This document shows positions 26,833-37,141 of a DNA stretch of 64,000 nucleotides, piece by piece. Every line of letters begins with the position of its first letter. The stretch's first letter is position 1. The stretch comes from Terriglobales bacterium. GTDB taxonomy: Bacteria > Acidobacteriota > Terriglobia > Terriglobales > Acidobacteriaceae. Below the pieces are notes generated by a model. The model searched no databases. It had not been told where the DNA came from and worked only from the letters and a program-made list of their open reading frames with translations. The DNA is taken from NCBI GenBank assembly GCA_963706465.1, contig CAVPMC010000008.1:30403-94402 (forward strand), written 5' to 3'. The position numbers and the translations under genes are program-made.

Positions 26833-27975
26833 ATGGCTAGGCGCAGATTCCAAAGAGGGAGTCTGATTTTACGTGGCAAGAAGCAAAAGAAATGGGTCGC
26901 TAAGTGGCGCGATGACGAGATCGAACCCAGCGGTTTCGTCCGGCGCGTCCAGAGGCGCGAAGTGATTGGGACTAAGGAAGAGTACCCAACCAAGAAATTG
27001 GCACAGCGCGCACTCGATCAGCGACTCTCAGATGTTAACTCGTTAACCTACCGGGCGCGGCCTACAGCCACGTTCCGGGAGTTTGCAACCAAATGGCAAA
27101 ATACGGTGCTCACGCAGCATAAACCGTCAACCCAGAATGCCGATAAGTCACGCATTCGCACGCACCTGCTTCCCGTGTTTGGCGGTGTGCGACTAAAGGA
27201 CATAACGGCGGAAATGGTGCAGTCGTTCATTGCAAAACGAAAAGTAGGTCCCAAGTCGGTACGCAACCTCATCGCGCTGATGCGCGAGATGTGGCACAGC
27301 GCGCAGGCTTGGGGCTATGTGCAGCATGATCCTTTCTTCGGCATCGCGCTGCCCCAACGGGGACTAATGCAGCAACGGTTTTTTTCGCTGGATGAGATGA
27401 AGCGCATTATCGAATCCTCTAAGGAACCGTACAAAACCTACTACTGGATTTTGGCGGAAACAGGAGTAAGGGCCGGCGAGATCGGCGCTCTCCCTGTTTC
27501 AAATCTGCTACTCGATCGCGGAGCGATTCGTATCACTCAGAGCGTGTGGCATGGCAAGATCCAGACGGTGAAATCAATCAAAGGCAATCGGGTCTGCGAA
27601 ATCTCCCCACAGTTGGTGGAGCACCTTCTCGGATACCTCAGAACCTGGAAGCCCAACTCGTCGGGGCTTCTGTTCGCGACCAAGAACGGCACTCCGTGGG
27701 ATACGGACGTGATCCGCAAGCGGAAACTCTATCCACTGCTCGCCCAGTCGAATATTGAGCGGTGCGGTTTTCACGCTTTCCGTCATGGGAACGAGACCGT
27801 GATGGACCAAGAGAATGTTCCTATAGCAGTCCGACAAGACCGCCTCGGGCATTCTGACGCTCGCACCACCATGATGTATTCACACGTGGCCTCGGAAGAT
27901 GGCAGGCAATTTGCGGCGAAGCTGGGTGGTTTACTTGTGCCGTCGAGAGCCGTTATGCCAATCGGGACCGCGTGA
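26833..27975 (+). CDS. Tyrosine-type site-specific integrase
   Basis: MARRRFQRGSLILRGKKQKKWVAKWRDD is a typical integrase N-terminus. Catalytic-region motifs are ETGVRAGEIGAL, FHAFRHG and LGHSDARTTMMYSHV. The track ORF starts further upstream at 26758. Confidence 0.85.
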   Translation: MARRRFQRGSLILRGKKQKKWVAKWRDDEIEPSGFVRRVQRREVIGTKEEYPTKKLAQRALDQRLSDVNSLTYRARPTATFREFATKWQNTVLTQHKPSTQNADKSRIRTHLLPVFGGVRLKDITAEMVQSFIAKRKVGPKSVRNLIALMREMWHSAQAWGYVQHDPFFGIALPQRGLMQQRFFSLDEMKRIIESSKEPYKTYYWILAETGVRAGEIGALPVSNLLLDRGAIRITQSVWHGKIQTVKSIKGNRVCEISPQLVEHLLGYLRTWKPNSSGLLFATKNGTPWDTDVIRKRKLYPLLAQSNIERCGFHAFRHGNETVMDQENVPIAVRQDRLGHSDARTTMMYSHVASEDGRQFAAKLGGLLVPSRAVMPIGTA

Positions 27976-27978
27976 TTC

Positions 27979-28002
27979 TGGTGCCAAATGGTGCCAACTC
28001 GG
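27979..28002 (+). promoter_or_regulatory. Paired TGGTGCCA repeats (candidate arm-type sites), tRNA-proximal end
   Basis: TGGTGCCAaaTGGTGCCAACTCGG lies between the integrase stop (27975) and the att repeat. Confidence 0.35.
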
Positions 28003-28032
28003 TCAAGGAAAGAGCTGCAAGTGATTGAAGAG

Positions 28033-28111
<79 letters not shown>

Positions 28112-28191
28112 ATTTGATCATAACAACCTCACTCACAGCGTCAAACTTGTCACGTCGGCATGTGACGGCGAATCTTCAGGCTCTCTCATCT

Positions 28192-28750
28192 TCAGCTTGT
28201 GCGCTCGCATGCGTCCACGATTTTCGTGGGATCGATGGCTTCGTTGTCGATTTGTTCTTCAAGGATTTTTCCATCTTTGCCGATCAGAAAATTCACCCGG
28301 CGGGCGGCTTTGTATTTGTCGACGTAGATGCCGTATTGCGCGGGTAGTGTCTCCGCCCCAATCGCTCAGCAGGGGGAAGGTGACTCCAATCTGGTCGGCG
28401 AAGGCTTTGTTGGCGAAGGGGCTATCCATGCTCACACCCAGGACCTGGGTGTCGGCAGCTTCCAGCTTTTTCAGGTTCTGCTGGAAGTTTTTCATTTGCT
28501 CGGTTCAACCACCGGTGAAGGCAAAGATGTAGAACGCCAGCACGACATTCTTCTTGCCGCGATAGTCGCTCAGGGTTACATCTTTCAGATCGCTTCCGTC
28601 GAAGTACTGGAGTTTGAAGTCGGGGGCGACGTCGCCGATTTTCAAAGCCGGCGGTGGAGTTGATTTTGTATCGGCAGCTCGCAGCGGCGTGGTTAGACAT
28701 CCGCCAACCAACAGCCATGCCGCGATTATAGAAATTGCGGGTTTTCGCAT
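28192..28750 (-). pseudogene. Lipoprotein peroxiredoxin (AhpC/TSA-Redoxin family) with in-frame TGA at the peroxidatic Cys codon and a +1 frameshift
   Basis: [18 protein letters not shown] contains a lipobox. ...[69 protein letters not shown] stays in the same frame. ETLPAQYGIYVDKYKAARRVNFLIGKDGKILEEQ...ERTS* follows after a 1-nt shift at ~28352-28360. Confidence 0.7.
28459..28487 (-). other. Hairpin 17 nt downstream of the in-frame UGA (SECIS-like candidate)
   Basis: CUUCCAGC-AGAACCUGAAAAA-GCUGGAAG: a perfect 8-bp stem with a 13-nt loop that contains G and U. Confidence 0.3.
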
Positions 28751-29011
28751 CGGGTTTACTCCTGTGGGTGCTTATTGTCTCAGCAAATGGGAAATGATGC
28801 CAGTAGAGCATTGCGAACCGACGGTGAAATTAGTACATTTCTTGCGGGAGAGAATTTTGCGTTCTTTTGCCCCTTCAGGGCTTGCGGTTATGCGATATTC
28901 GGCTCATGGCTTGCGCCGTGGGCTGCATTCTTACGCCGCTCTGCGGCTGAAGGGCTGCGGCCTTCTTCAACTTCCCATTCTGCGGCTGTTGACCGAGTTC
29001 GTCCCTTGTCC

Positions 29012-30784
29012 ATGAGCCTGAAAACCCTCAACGAAATCTTTTTTGCGGTGGTAGATCGGAATGATCGGGTGGTGGTGATGCACCGCCGGGCCATTCAGTG
29101 GGTTTCTATTTCTTCGTCCGAGTTTTACCAGAGCGTAGTGGGGGTGGCTGGCGCGCTGAGGGAATGGGGCATTGCCCAGGGCGACCGCGTCGCCATCCTG
29201 AGTGAGAACCGTCCAGAATGGACGATCGCAGATTTCGCGTGCCTGCTCATCGGCGCGGTCGTAGTGCCCGTCTACACTACTTTGACTGGAGAACAGACGG
29301 CATACATGCTGCAGGATTCGGGGGCACGAATCGTGTTTGTTTCAAGCGAGAAGCAGCTTCAGAAAATCCAAGGCATCCAAGAACGAACCGTTATCGAACG
29401 GATCGTCGTGATGGATGCGGTCGAGACCGCCCACGCCGCGCACATGCAGCGGCTCATGCATGACGGCCCGAAAGAGCGGGATGCGCAATTCGATTCCGCC
29501 GCGGTCGCGGTCGGACCCGAAAATCTCGCCACCATTATTTATACGTCGGGAACGACGGGCACGCCCAAGGGGGCCATGCTGACTCACGGCAACCTGGCGT
29601 CGAACATTTCCCATTCCCTTTCTGGATTTGCGGTTCGTCCGGGTGAGATCAGTATTTCTTTTCTTCCGCTGTCCCACGTTACTGCGCGGCACGTCGATCT
29701 CGCCATGCTCTGGCGGGGAGTGACGTTGGCTTACGTTTCCGTCATCGACCAGCTTCCGCAGGCTTTGCTGGAAGTGCGTCCGACAATTTTCGTCGGAGTT
29801 CCGCGGGTTTACGAAAAAATTCACGGGCAGGTGGATCTCAAAGCGAAGGGCTTCCCCAAGAGATGGATTTATCGCTGGGCGGTGTCTGTCGGGCGGGCTC
29901 ACCGAGATGAGGTTCTCGCCGATCAAATACCGTCGTCGGCGGGATGGAAGCTAAGCAACCGGTTGCTTTATGCGAAGGTCCGGGCAGGCATGGGAGGACG
30001 CGCCGAAGTTTTTATCTCCGGGGGGGCGCCGCTGGGAAGGGAACTGGCCGAGTGGTACGCGGATGTCGGCATTCGCATCGACGAGGGTTATGGGCTCACG
30101 GAGACTTCGCCCGTCATCGCGGTCAACAGCCCACAGGCGCATAAGCTGGGAACGGTGGGAAAGCCCCTGCCAAATGTCGAAGTTCGGATTGCGGAAGATG
30201 GCGAGATTCTGGTTCGCGGTCCGTCGGTGTTCAAGGGCTACTGGAACCGGCCGAAGGAAACGCAGGCTGTCCTGGTGGATGGATGGTTCAAGACAGGCGA
30301 CATCGGCAATCTCGATGCTGACGGCTTTCTGTCGATTACCGACCGCAAGAAGGACCTGATCAAAACGTCCGGGGGGAAATTCATTGCTCCGCAACCGCTG
30401 GAGAATTCTCTCAAACACAATGCCTTGATTGCCGAGGCGGTGGTTGTGGGCGATAAGCGCAAGTTTCCCGCGGTCCTGGTGGGGCCTCATTTTCCCGCGC
30501 TGGAAGATTGGGCGCGGGCAAACCATATTGGGTTTTCTTCGCGAGAGCAGTTGGTCGCGCAGTCGAAGGTGAGAGCCCTTTACGAAGGGATTGTCGCTGA
30601 CCTAAACCGCAATCTGGCGCGCTACGAGCAACTGAAGAAGGTGATATTGGTTGCGGAAGAATTCTCGACGGAGAACGGGGCGCTTACGGCGAGCATGAAG
30701 TTGAGGCGGCGGGTGGTGGAGGATCGGTATCGGGATCAGATTGAAAAGATGTATACGGAGGCGGAGACTTCGAAGACTGACTAG
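29012..30784 (+). CDS. Long-chain acyl-CoA synthetase (AMP-dependent synthetase/ligase)
   Basis: AMP-binding motif IIYTSGTTGTPKGAML. Also GYGLTETSP, TGDIG and DRKKDLIKTSGGKFIAPQ. The ATG at 29012 (MSLKTLNEIF) is the plausible start; the track ORF is longer. Confidence 0.85.
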   Translation: MSLKTLNEIFFAVVDRNDRVVVMHRRAIQWVSISSSEFYQSVVGVAGALREWGIAQGDRVAILSENRPEWTIADFACLLIGAVVVPVYTTLTGEQTAYMLQDSGARIVFVSSEKQLQKIQGIQERTVIERIVVMDAVETAHAAHMQRLMHDGPKERDAQFDSAAVAVGPENLATIIYTSGTTGTPKGAMLTHGNLASNISHSLSGFAVRPGEISISFLPLSHVTARHVDLAMLWRGVTLAYVSVIDQLPQALLEVRPTIFVGVPRVYEKIHGQVDLKAKGFPKRWIYRWAVSVGRAHRDEVLADQIPSSAGWKLSNRLLYAKVRAGMGGRAEVFISGGAPLGRELAEWYADVGIRIDEGYGLTETSPVIAVNSPQAHKLGTVGKPLPNVEVRIAEDGEILVRGPSVFKGYWNRPKETQAVLVDGWFKTGDIGNLDADGFLSITDRKKDLIKTSGGKFIAPQPLENSLKHNALIAEAVVVGDKRKFPAVLVGPHFPALEDWARANHIGFSSREQLVAQSKVRALYEGIVADLNRNLARYEQLKKVILVAEEFSTENGALTASMKLRRRVVEDRYRDQIEKMYTEAETSKTD

Positions 30785-30816
30785 TTTTGTTTTTCAGCTT
30801 TCTAGATTGCCTTATC

Positions 30817-30859
30817 GTTTCGCACCCTTTCCGCAAAGTACGCGGAAAGGGTGCGAAAC
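30817..30859. terminator. Perfect 18-bp hairpin between convergent genes
   Basis: GTTTCGCACCCTTTCCGC-aaagtac-GCGGAAAGGGTGCGAAAC. It lies between the stops at 30784 (+) and 30879 (-). There is no canonical U-tract on either strand. Confidence 0.45.
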
Positions 30860-30878
30860 TCGCTTCTATGGCTGATCC

Positions 30879-31661
30879 TCACATCGCGGTGAAGTCGACC
30901 AGGTCGAAATACTCGTTAATGGTGACGTGCTGGCTGGTTTTACCGATGTCGATTTGAAACTGGAAACCGACTGCGCTGGACCATCCACCTGGCATAGAGC
31001 CGGCCGGATACATGGCGTTGATGTTGTGTGGCACACCATCCACTGTCAAGGTGTCGTAATACATGCAAGGCTTCCCGCTGCAGCGGTTGGTGTCGCCGGA
31101 GACGCGGTGAACGTCCCAGCGCACCTGGTGCCATTTATTGGCCGCGAGTGCGCATGAAGTCGAGGTGTTCATCCAGTGGCCGTGGAGTTGATCGAAGACT
31201 TGCCAAAGGTGGCTGGCCTGATTGCATTGCGTCCCCCACATGAATTCCACATTCATGGACTTGTCGAAGTTGAAGAGGTCGTACTCGAAGGATCCAGCGG
31301 TCGAGGCCGCCGCCGTTGGGTAAACCCAGAAACTCAGACTAACGTGGGTGGCGGAGTCGTCGGCACCGGCGCGATAAGTCCACAGGGCATTGCTGTATTG
31401 GGGGCCGGTGATGGAGACCATCATGGCGCCGCCATCTTTCGACGGAGTCGAATGGCCCACGGTGTGCGCAGTGCTGGTAGGAATTCCGCTTCCGCCGGGA
31501 TTGCACGACGGCAATACACAAACCGGCTTCCATCCCTGCATGGTATCGTCAGAGTTGGACTCGGAAACGCCGGGAGAATCGAACGCCGCCTGCGCTACAG
31601 ACAGCGTGGAGAGGAGCACGCCGACGTACAGGCCGACGAGAATTTTATGCAGGATATTCAT
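30879..31661 (-). CDS. Secreted hypothetical protein
   Basis: MNILHKILVGLYVGVLLSTLSVAQA signal peptide. 260 aa, Cys-containing. I recognise no family. Confidence 0.55.
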   Translation of the reverse strand: MNILHKILVGLYVGVLLSTLSVAQAAFDSPGVSESNSDDTMQGWKPVCVLPSCNPGGSGIPTSTAHTVGHSTPSKDGGAMMVSITGPQYSNALWTYRAGADDSATHVSLSFWVYPTAAASTAGSFEYDLFNFDKSMNVEFMWGTQCNQASHLWQVFDQLHGHWMNTSTSCALAANKWHQVRWDVHRVSGDTNRCSGKPCMYYDTLTVDGVPHNINAMYPAGSMPGGWSSAVGFQFQIDIGKTSQHVTINEYFDLVDFTAM

Positions 31662-32569
31662 TTTGTCTCCGTATCATGACGCGAAGTATGGGTGGAGACG
31701 TTCCCCGGACGGCGCTTTCCTCGTTCTTCCGTTCGGGAGTCATCCAAGCCCAGAGGCAACGTAACTTACTTCGGCTGTGGACCTGTAGATACCAGAAGTA
31801 CATCACCCAATCGGTAGTTCCTTCGGCTTGACATTTGTTTGAAAGTTACGCAGTGAAGATTCTTCTGTTTAAAGGAACCCGTCTGATGGTGTCGCTTAGA
31901 AAGCTGGCGTGGAAAAATAAGCTTTGGTGCCGATGGTTGTTGTCTTTTTGTTACTTTCTATTTACAGAATGCGGGACCGGATTTGCAACACCGCATTGAT
32001 AGCGTGAGCCGGTGGAAAACTTTCGCGTACGGGGTTGACCAGCGTGGTTCGAGGAGGCGTCCGGCCTCGCGGTAGTTTTTCCCCGAGGGCGTTTTGCGGG
32101 GAATGTCCGGATAAAAGCACAAGCTGATGGAGTTGGCGAAAACTTCGGCTGGATGGATTTCATGATTGGGGTTGGCGCCTTTCGGAGTGCGAAAAGAGGA
32201 AAGGCGCAGCTATTGGCTGCGCCGTATTCTGAACTTATAGATATAGACTAGCATATTCGAGGGGGTAAGTGAGACATGTTTTTCGGATTTATTTCTGCCA
32301 CGGAATCAGGTACATCCAGAGAAATCACACGAAACGGGGGCTTGACAAGGTTTGGGCTGAGCAGAGGATTTGGTGGGTGAATCGAGGCTAGGAGAGTTTC
32401 TGGTCGGAGGTTACCATCGATTACGGTATAGCCTGAAAGTGCCATTCCCCCCAACCTGGGCGACTGCTACATTGGTTCTCGAGCAGACTTCGGGGGAGGG
32501 CTGCTTCGACGAACGTCCCAAACCCTAACCGGTCTGGGGCGTTTTGTTTTGTGGGCTGTTTTTCTTCTT

Positions 32570-33487
32570 TTAGTGTTCTCGTTGGAAGCGGTACCGGCCG
32601 CGGCGCTCGCGGGCAATTGTTTCCGCCACTTTGAGAAAAGCGCGGGCGGCATGCGAGAGGCCGGCGGACTTCCGGTAAATCAATCTCAACTTACGGTGCA
32701 GGCGCAATTCGCGGACGGGGATGCGAACCAGTTCACCGCGCGCCAGTTCACTTTCCACGCTGATCTCGGGAATCAGCGCGACTCCGTTGCCCATGGCGAC
32801 GAAGCGTTTGATGGCTTGCAGCGTGGGTAGTTCGATATCCATATGCAAAGGCGTTTTGTGCCGTTTGAAAGCTTGAATCACTTTTTCGCGATAGGGCGAC
32901 GCCACGTTGTGAGCGACGAACGACTCGGCGCCCAGTTGCCGGATGCTCACCTGATGCGCCGTGGCCAAGGGATGACTGGGGGGAACGACGAAAATCAATT
33001 CGTCCAGGTACACCACGGTGGAACAAAGCTGCGGGTGTTGCGGGTCATAGGTGAGGACGCCGAGTTCGGTGCTGTGGCGAAGTACATCGTCGGGAATGTG
33101 GCTGCCGAGCGAACGCCGCACGGTGATTCTTATCATGGGATGCAGACGGCGGAACTCGGCAAGCACGGGCAGGAGATAGAGCGCAGTGAATTCATTGGCG
33201 GCGATGGCCAATTTTCCTTTCTGCAGTTCTCTTAGTTCTACCAGCGCTTCGCGGGCGTCGGTGCGGAGGTTCAACAATCGTTCGGCGTATTCCTGAAGGA
33301 CGCGGCCGGCGTCGGTGAGGATGCCGTCGCGGGAGGAACGGTCGAACAGCGGTTCTCCCAGCTCGTCTTCGAGTTTGCGGATGGATTGACTGACGGCGGA
33401 CTGGGTGCGGTGAAGCTTTTCGGCGGCGCGCGAGAATCGTCCTTCGCGTGCCACTGTAAGGAAGACTTCGAGCTGCGCCAGATCCAT
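32570..33487 (-). CDS. LysR-family transcriptional regulator, divergent from leuA
   Basis: MDLAQLEVFLTVAREGRFSRAAEKLHRTQSAVSQSIRKLEDELG is the canonical LysR HTH, so the start is at 33487 rather than 33553. A substrate-binding domain follows. Confidence 0.85.
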   Translation of the reverse strand: MDLAQLEVFLTVAREGRFSRAAEKLHRTQSAVSQSIRKLEDELGEPLFDRSSRDGILTDAGRVLQEYAERLLNLRTDAREALVELRELQKGKLAIAANEFTALYLLPVLAEFRRLHPMIRITVRRSLGSHIPDDVLRHSTELGVLTYDPQHPQLCSTVVYLDELIFVVPPSHPLATAHQVSIRQLGAESFVAHNVASPYREKVIQAFKRHKTPLHMDIELPTLQAIKRFVAMGNGVALIPEISVESELARGELVRIPVRELRLHRKLRLIYRKSAGLSHAARAFLKVAETIARERRGRYRFQREH

Positions 33488-33668
33488 GACTGTGGCGTCC
33501 CTTTCGCCGTTGCTTTCCGCAGACTCCACCTTCAGCAAAAGTGGAAGGTTCATTAGTCCTGTTTATGTTAGCAACTATAACTAATGATAATTGCAGGATT
33601 ATAAGCTTGCTTAATACCGCTGTCTACGTAGGATGTTATTCCTGATGCATCTGAGGAGGATTGGAGGC

Positions 33669-35026
33669 ATGGAACGCGTCCGAATTTTCGACACCACTTT
33701 GCGTGACGGCGAACAGTCGCCGGGTTGCAGCATGAATGTAGCCGAGAAAGTGCGAATGGCGCACCAACTGGACGGCCTGGGCGTTGACGTAATGGAGGCG
33801 GGATTTCCGATCGCGTCGGAGGGTGATTTTGCGGCGGTACAGGCCATCGCCGCGGCGGTGCGGCGTCCGATGATCGCGGGACTGGCGCGCGCCTGCGGCA
33901 AAGATATTGAACGGGCCTGGCAAGCACTGCAAGGAGCGGCGAGGCCACGGATTCACGTCTTTTTGGCGACCTCCGATATTCATTTGAAATACAAGCTGCG
34001 CATCTCGCGCGAGCAATGCCTGGAACAGGCCAGGGAAGCGGTGCGCCTGGCCAAGAGTTTTTGCGCCGATGTGGAATTCTCCCCCGAAGATGCGACCCGC
34101 ACTGAGCCTGAGTTTCTCTGCCAGGTGGTAGAGGCCGTGGTGGCCGAGGGGGCCACCACGGTGAATATCCCTGACACGGTGGGCTTCAGCACGCCCGCGG
34201 AATTTGGCGAATTGATTCGCCACGTGCGGGAAAAGGTGCGGGAATCGGGGGCGTTACTATCTCCGCGCACTGCCATAATGATCTTGGACTGGCGGTGGCC
34301 AATTCATTGGCGGCTCTGGCTGCGGGGGCGCGCCAGGTGGAGTGCACGATTAACGGGATCGGAGAACGTGCGGGCAATGCGTCGCTGGAAGAGATCGTTA
34401 TGGCGATGCGGGTGCGGCCGGATCGGTTAGCGTACGAAACCGAGGTTGTGAGCGAGCAACTGTTTCCGGCAAGCCAGATGCTGAGCGAGATTACCGGAGT
34501 TGGGGTGCAGCCGAATAAGGCGATTATCGGGCGCAACGCGTTTGCTCATGAGGCTGGGATTCATCAGGACGGCATGCTGAAGAATCCGCTGACCTACGAA
34601 ATTATGACTCCGCATTCTGTGGGAGTGCCGGATTCGAAGCTGGTGCTGGGGAAACATTCGGGACGGCATGCGCTTGGCCTGCGATGCGAACAGTTGGGCC
34701 ATGAATTTGATCGGCGGCAACTGGATGAAGTCTATCGACGGTTTATTGTGCTGGCGGATCAGATCAAGCAGGTCGAGGATCATCATCTGCTGGAGCTGAT
34801 CGCGGCGATGGAGAAAAGGCCTGCGCCGGCAGACGGCCATGCTCAAGCGAAACCAAGTCCGCTCGCGGTCGCTGCGGCGGTTGGTGGGCGGTCTCAGGGT
34901 GGACGCGACCATTCTCAGCGGCTGCTTTCGAAGTCGGCTGCAGTGGGCATCAGGCTGGCAAGCCTTTCCACGAATCCGACAAGCGAACACTACCGCGATC
35001 AGGAAGACTATTTGTGGGGCGTATAA
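33669..35026 (+). pseudogene. leuA: 2-isopropylmalate synthase, interrupted by a 1-nt deletion in a G5 run (possibly a sequence error)
   Basis: [19 protein letters not shown]... continues to ...[64 protein letters not shown] then continues in the -1 frame. The junction is at GGGGG 34247-34251. The C-terminal ~65 aa are low-complexity, and no LeuA regulatory domain is recognisable. Confidence 0.8.
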
Positions 35027-35114
35027 ATTGCCTTCGAGCTTGCTCTAAAGGAAGACCAGAGTTCCGCGTCTACCAGGAATACTGAGCGACCATTGCCGCC
35101 TCGTTGGTGGCATA

Positions 35115-37133
35115 ATGCAGAGCATGTCTAACCGTCTCTTGCTATTGCTCGTCGCGTTTGTTGTTGCCGCATCTCCTGCGTGGGCGGCAGACTCGGCCGC
35201 TGCCCAAACATTTTCTTACACAATCCTCAGTAACGGCAGGACAGCGGGACGCGAAGTGGACGCCTACGGGCCGAACGGCCGCATCGATTGCACGTTCGAG
35301 TTCAACGACCGCGGCCGCGGTCCGAAGGTGGCTGCGCACTATCTATTGGGTTCGGATGGATTGCCCTTGCGTGTCGATCTGACTGGCAACGATTATTTGA
35401 AGGCTCCGGTCGACGAACACTTCGCGGTGGAAGACGGCATTGCCCATTGGAAGAGTACGTCCGAGAAAGGGGAGGTTGCGGCCCGGGGTTTTTACGTCAG
35501 TAACAACGGACCGACGTTCGAGTCGGCGCTGCTGGCGGGCGCACTCCTGAAGGCGAAGGGCGGGGTGAAACTGTTTCCGGCGGGCGAAGCGCAATTGGAA
35601 CGGCTGACCGATGTAACTCTTGAAGATCACGGACGAAAATTGCACGTAACCGAGTTTGCGATCACCGGACTTTCCTTCGAACCGCAGACCGTCTGGCTGG
35701 ATGATGATCAACATTTCTTCGGATCTCCCGGTAAATGGTTTGCGACGTTACGGCAAGGCTGGGAAGATACAAACGATCAACTCTACGCGCTCGACCGCGC
35801 CGCGGAAGACGCTCGCAACGCCCGCTTGGGACGCGAACTGGCTCAACATCCGGATCATCCGGTGGCGGTGGAGCACGTTCGACTCTTTGATTCCGAACAG
35901 GCCAGGACGCGGGAGGATCAGACAGTTGTCATCGACGGCGAACGCATAACCCTGGTCGGTCCATCCACTGCGGTCGTTACTCCTCAAGCTGCTCAGCGCA
36001 TCGATGGGACCGGCGAAACATTGCTGCCTGGCCTTTTTGACATGCATGCTCATGCTCAACCTGTCGATGGACTCTTGAACATTGCTAGCGGCGTAACCAG
36101 CATCCGCGATATGGGCAACGACATCGCAGAACTGAAGCATCTCGAGGACCAGTGGGACAGTAGCGCTGCCATTGGTCCGCGTGTCTGGAAAGCCGGGTTT
36201 ATCGATGGACGGGGACCTTTTCAGGCGCCGACCGGTTTGTACGCGGACAATATAGATGAGGCTCAAGCGGCGGTGAACCGCTACGCCGATCTGGGATACG
36301 TTCAGATCAAGCTCTACAGCTCGCTCCGGCCGGAATTCGTGCCCGCCATCGTGAAGACTGCTCATGCGCGCGGATTGCGGGTGAGCGGCCACATTCCGAA
36401 CGGCATGACTGCGAGCCAGTTCGTGGAAGACGGCGCCGACGAAGTACAACATATCAACTTCATTTTCCTGAACTTCCTGGCTTCGCAGGTGAAAGATACG
36501 CGTACTCCTGAGCGGTTTACTGCTGTGGGAGACAATGCTGCGAAGCTCGATCTGCACTCAAAAGAGGTAAATGATTTTATTGAATTGCTGCGACAGCATC
36601 ACACCACCGTCGATGTAACCTTGGCGACCTTTGAGGGTATGTTCACCGGCCGCCCTGGAAGAGTGTCTCCCGACTTCGCCCCCGTGCTCGATCGCCTCCC
36701 CGCACAAGTTCAGCGCGGCGCGTTTACCGGTGGACTTTCGGTGACGGAACAGAACGACCAGTTGTATAAAGATTCCTACGAGGCCATGTTGCGAATGACC
36801 AAGCGCATGTACGATGCAGGTATTCCGATTCTCGCTGGAACCGACGCGACGGCCGGGATCATGTTGCATCGCGAATTGGAACTCGAGGTCAGAGCCGGAA
36901 TTCCGCCTGCAAAAGCTCTGCAGATCGCCACGTTCAATGCCGCCCGGCTTTTGAAGCAGGAGAACGAACTGGGCTCGATTGCGGCTGGGAAGCGCGCTGA
37001 TTTCGTGCTTGTGGAGGGCAATCCGGCCGAACACATCAGTGACATTCGCCGCTGCCGCCTGGTCATGAAGAATGGAACGCTCTACAAGAGTGCTGATGTG
37101 TACGCCGCTGTAGGCATCAAGGCAGCGGAGTAG
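35115..37133 (+). CDS. Secreted amidohydrolase-family metallohydrolase
   Basis: Signal peptide MSNRLLLLLVAFVVAASPAWA. Contains LLPGLFDMHAHA (metal-binding HxH), a YVQIKLYSS...AHARGLRVSGH segment, and GTDA and GKRADFVLV motifs. Confidence 0.8.
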   Translation: MQSMSNRLLLLLVAFVVAASPAWAADSAAAQTFSYTILSNGRTAGREVDAYGPNGRIDCTFEFNDRGRGPKVAAHYLLGSDGLPLRVDLTGNDYLKAPVDEHFAVEDGIAHWKSTSEKGEVAARGFYVSNNGPTFESALLAGALLKAKGGVKLFPAGEAQLERLTDVTLEDHGRKLHVTEFAITGLSFEPQTVWLDDDQHFFGSPGKWFATLRQGWEDTNDQLYALDRAAEDARNARLGRELAQHPDHPVAVEHVRLFDSEQARTREDQTVVIDGERITLVGPSTAVVTPQAAQRIDGTGETLLPGLFDMHAHAQPVDGLLNIASGVTSIRDMGNDIAELKHLEDQWDSSAAIGPRVWKAGFIDGRGPFQAPTGLYADNIDEAQAAVNRYADLGYVQIKLYSSLRPEFVPAIVKTAHARGLRVSGHIPNGMTASQFVEDGADEVQHINFIFLNFLASQVKDTRTPERFTAVGDNAAKLDLHSKEVNDFIELLRQHHTTVDVTLATFEGMFTGRPGRVSPDFAPVLDRLPAQVQRGAFTGGLSVTEQNDQLYKDSYEAMLRMTKRMYDAGIPILAGTDATAGIMLHRELELEVRAGIPPAKALQIATFNAARLLKQENELGSIAAGKRADFVLVEGNPAEHISDIRRCRLVMKNGTLYKSADVYAAVGIKAAE

Positions 37134-37141
37134 AAACCTAC

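Noticed and set aside
33554-33668. Leucine leader peptide or attenuator upstream of leuA (MLFLMHL...)
   Set aside because: The Leu-rich codons are in frame with leuA and include its RBS. No terminator/antiterminator pair is visible. A divergent LysR-type promoter region is more likely.
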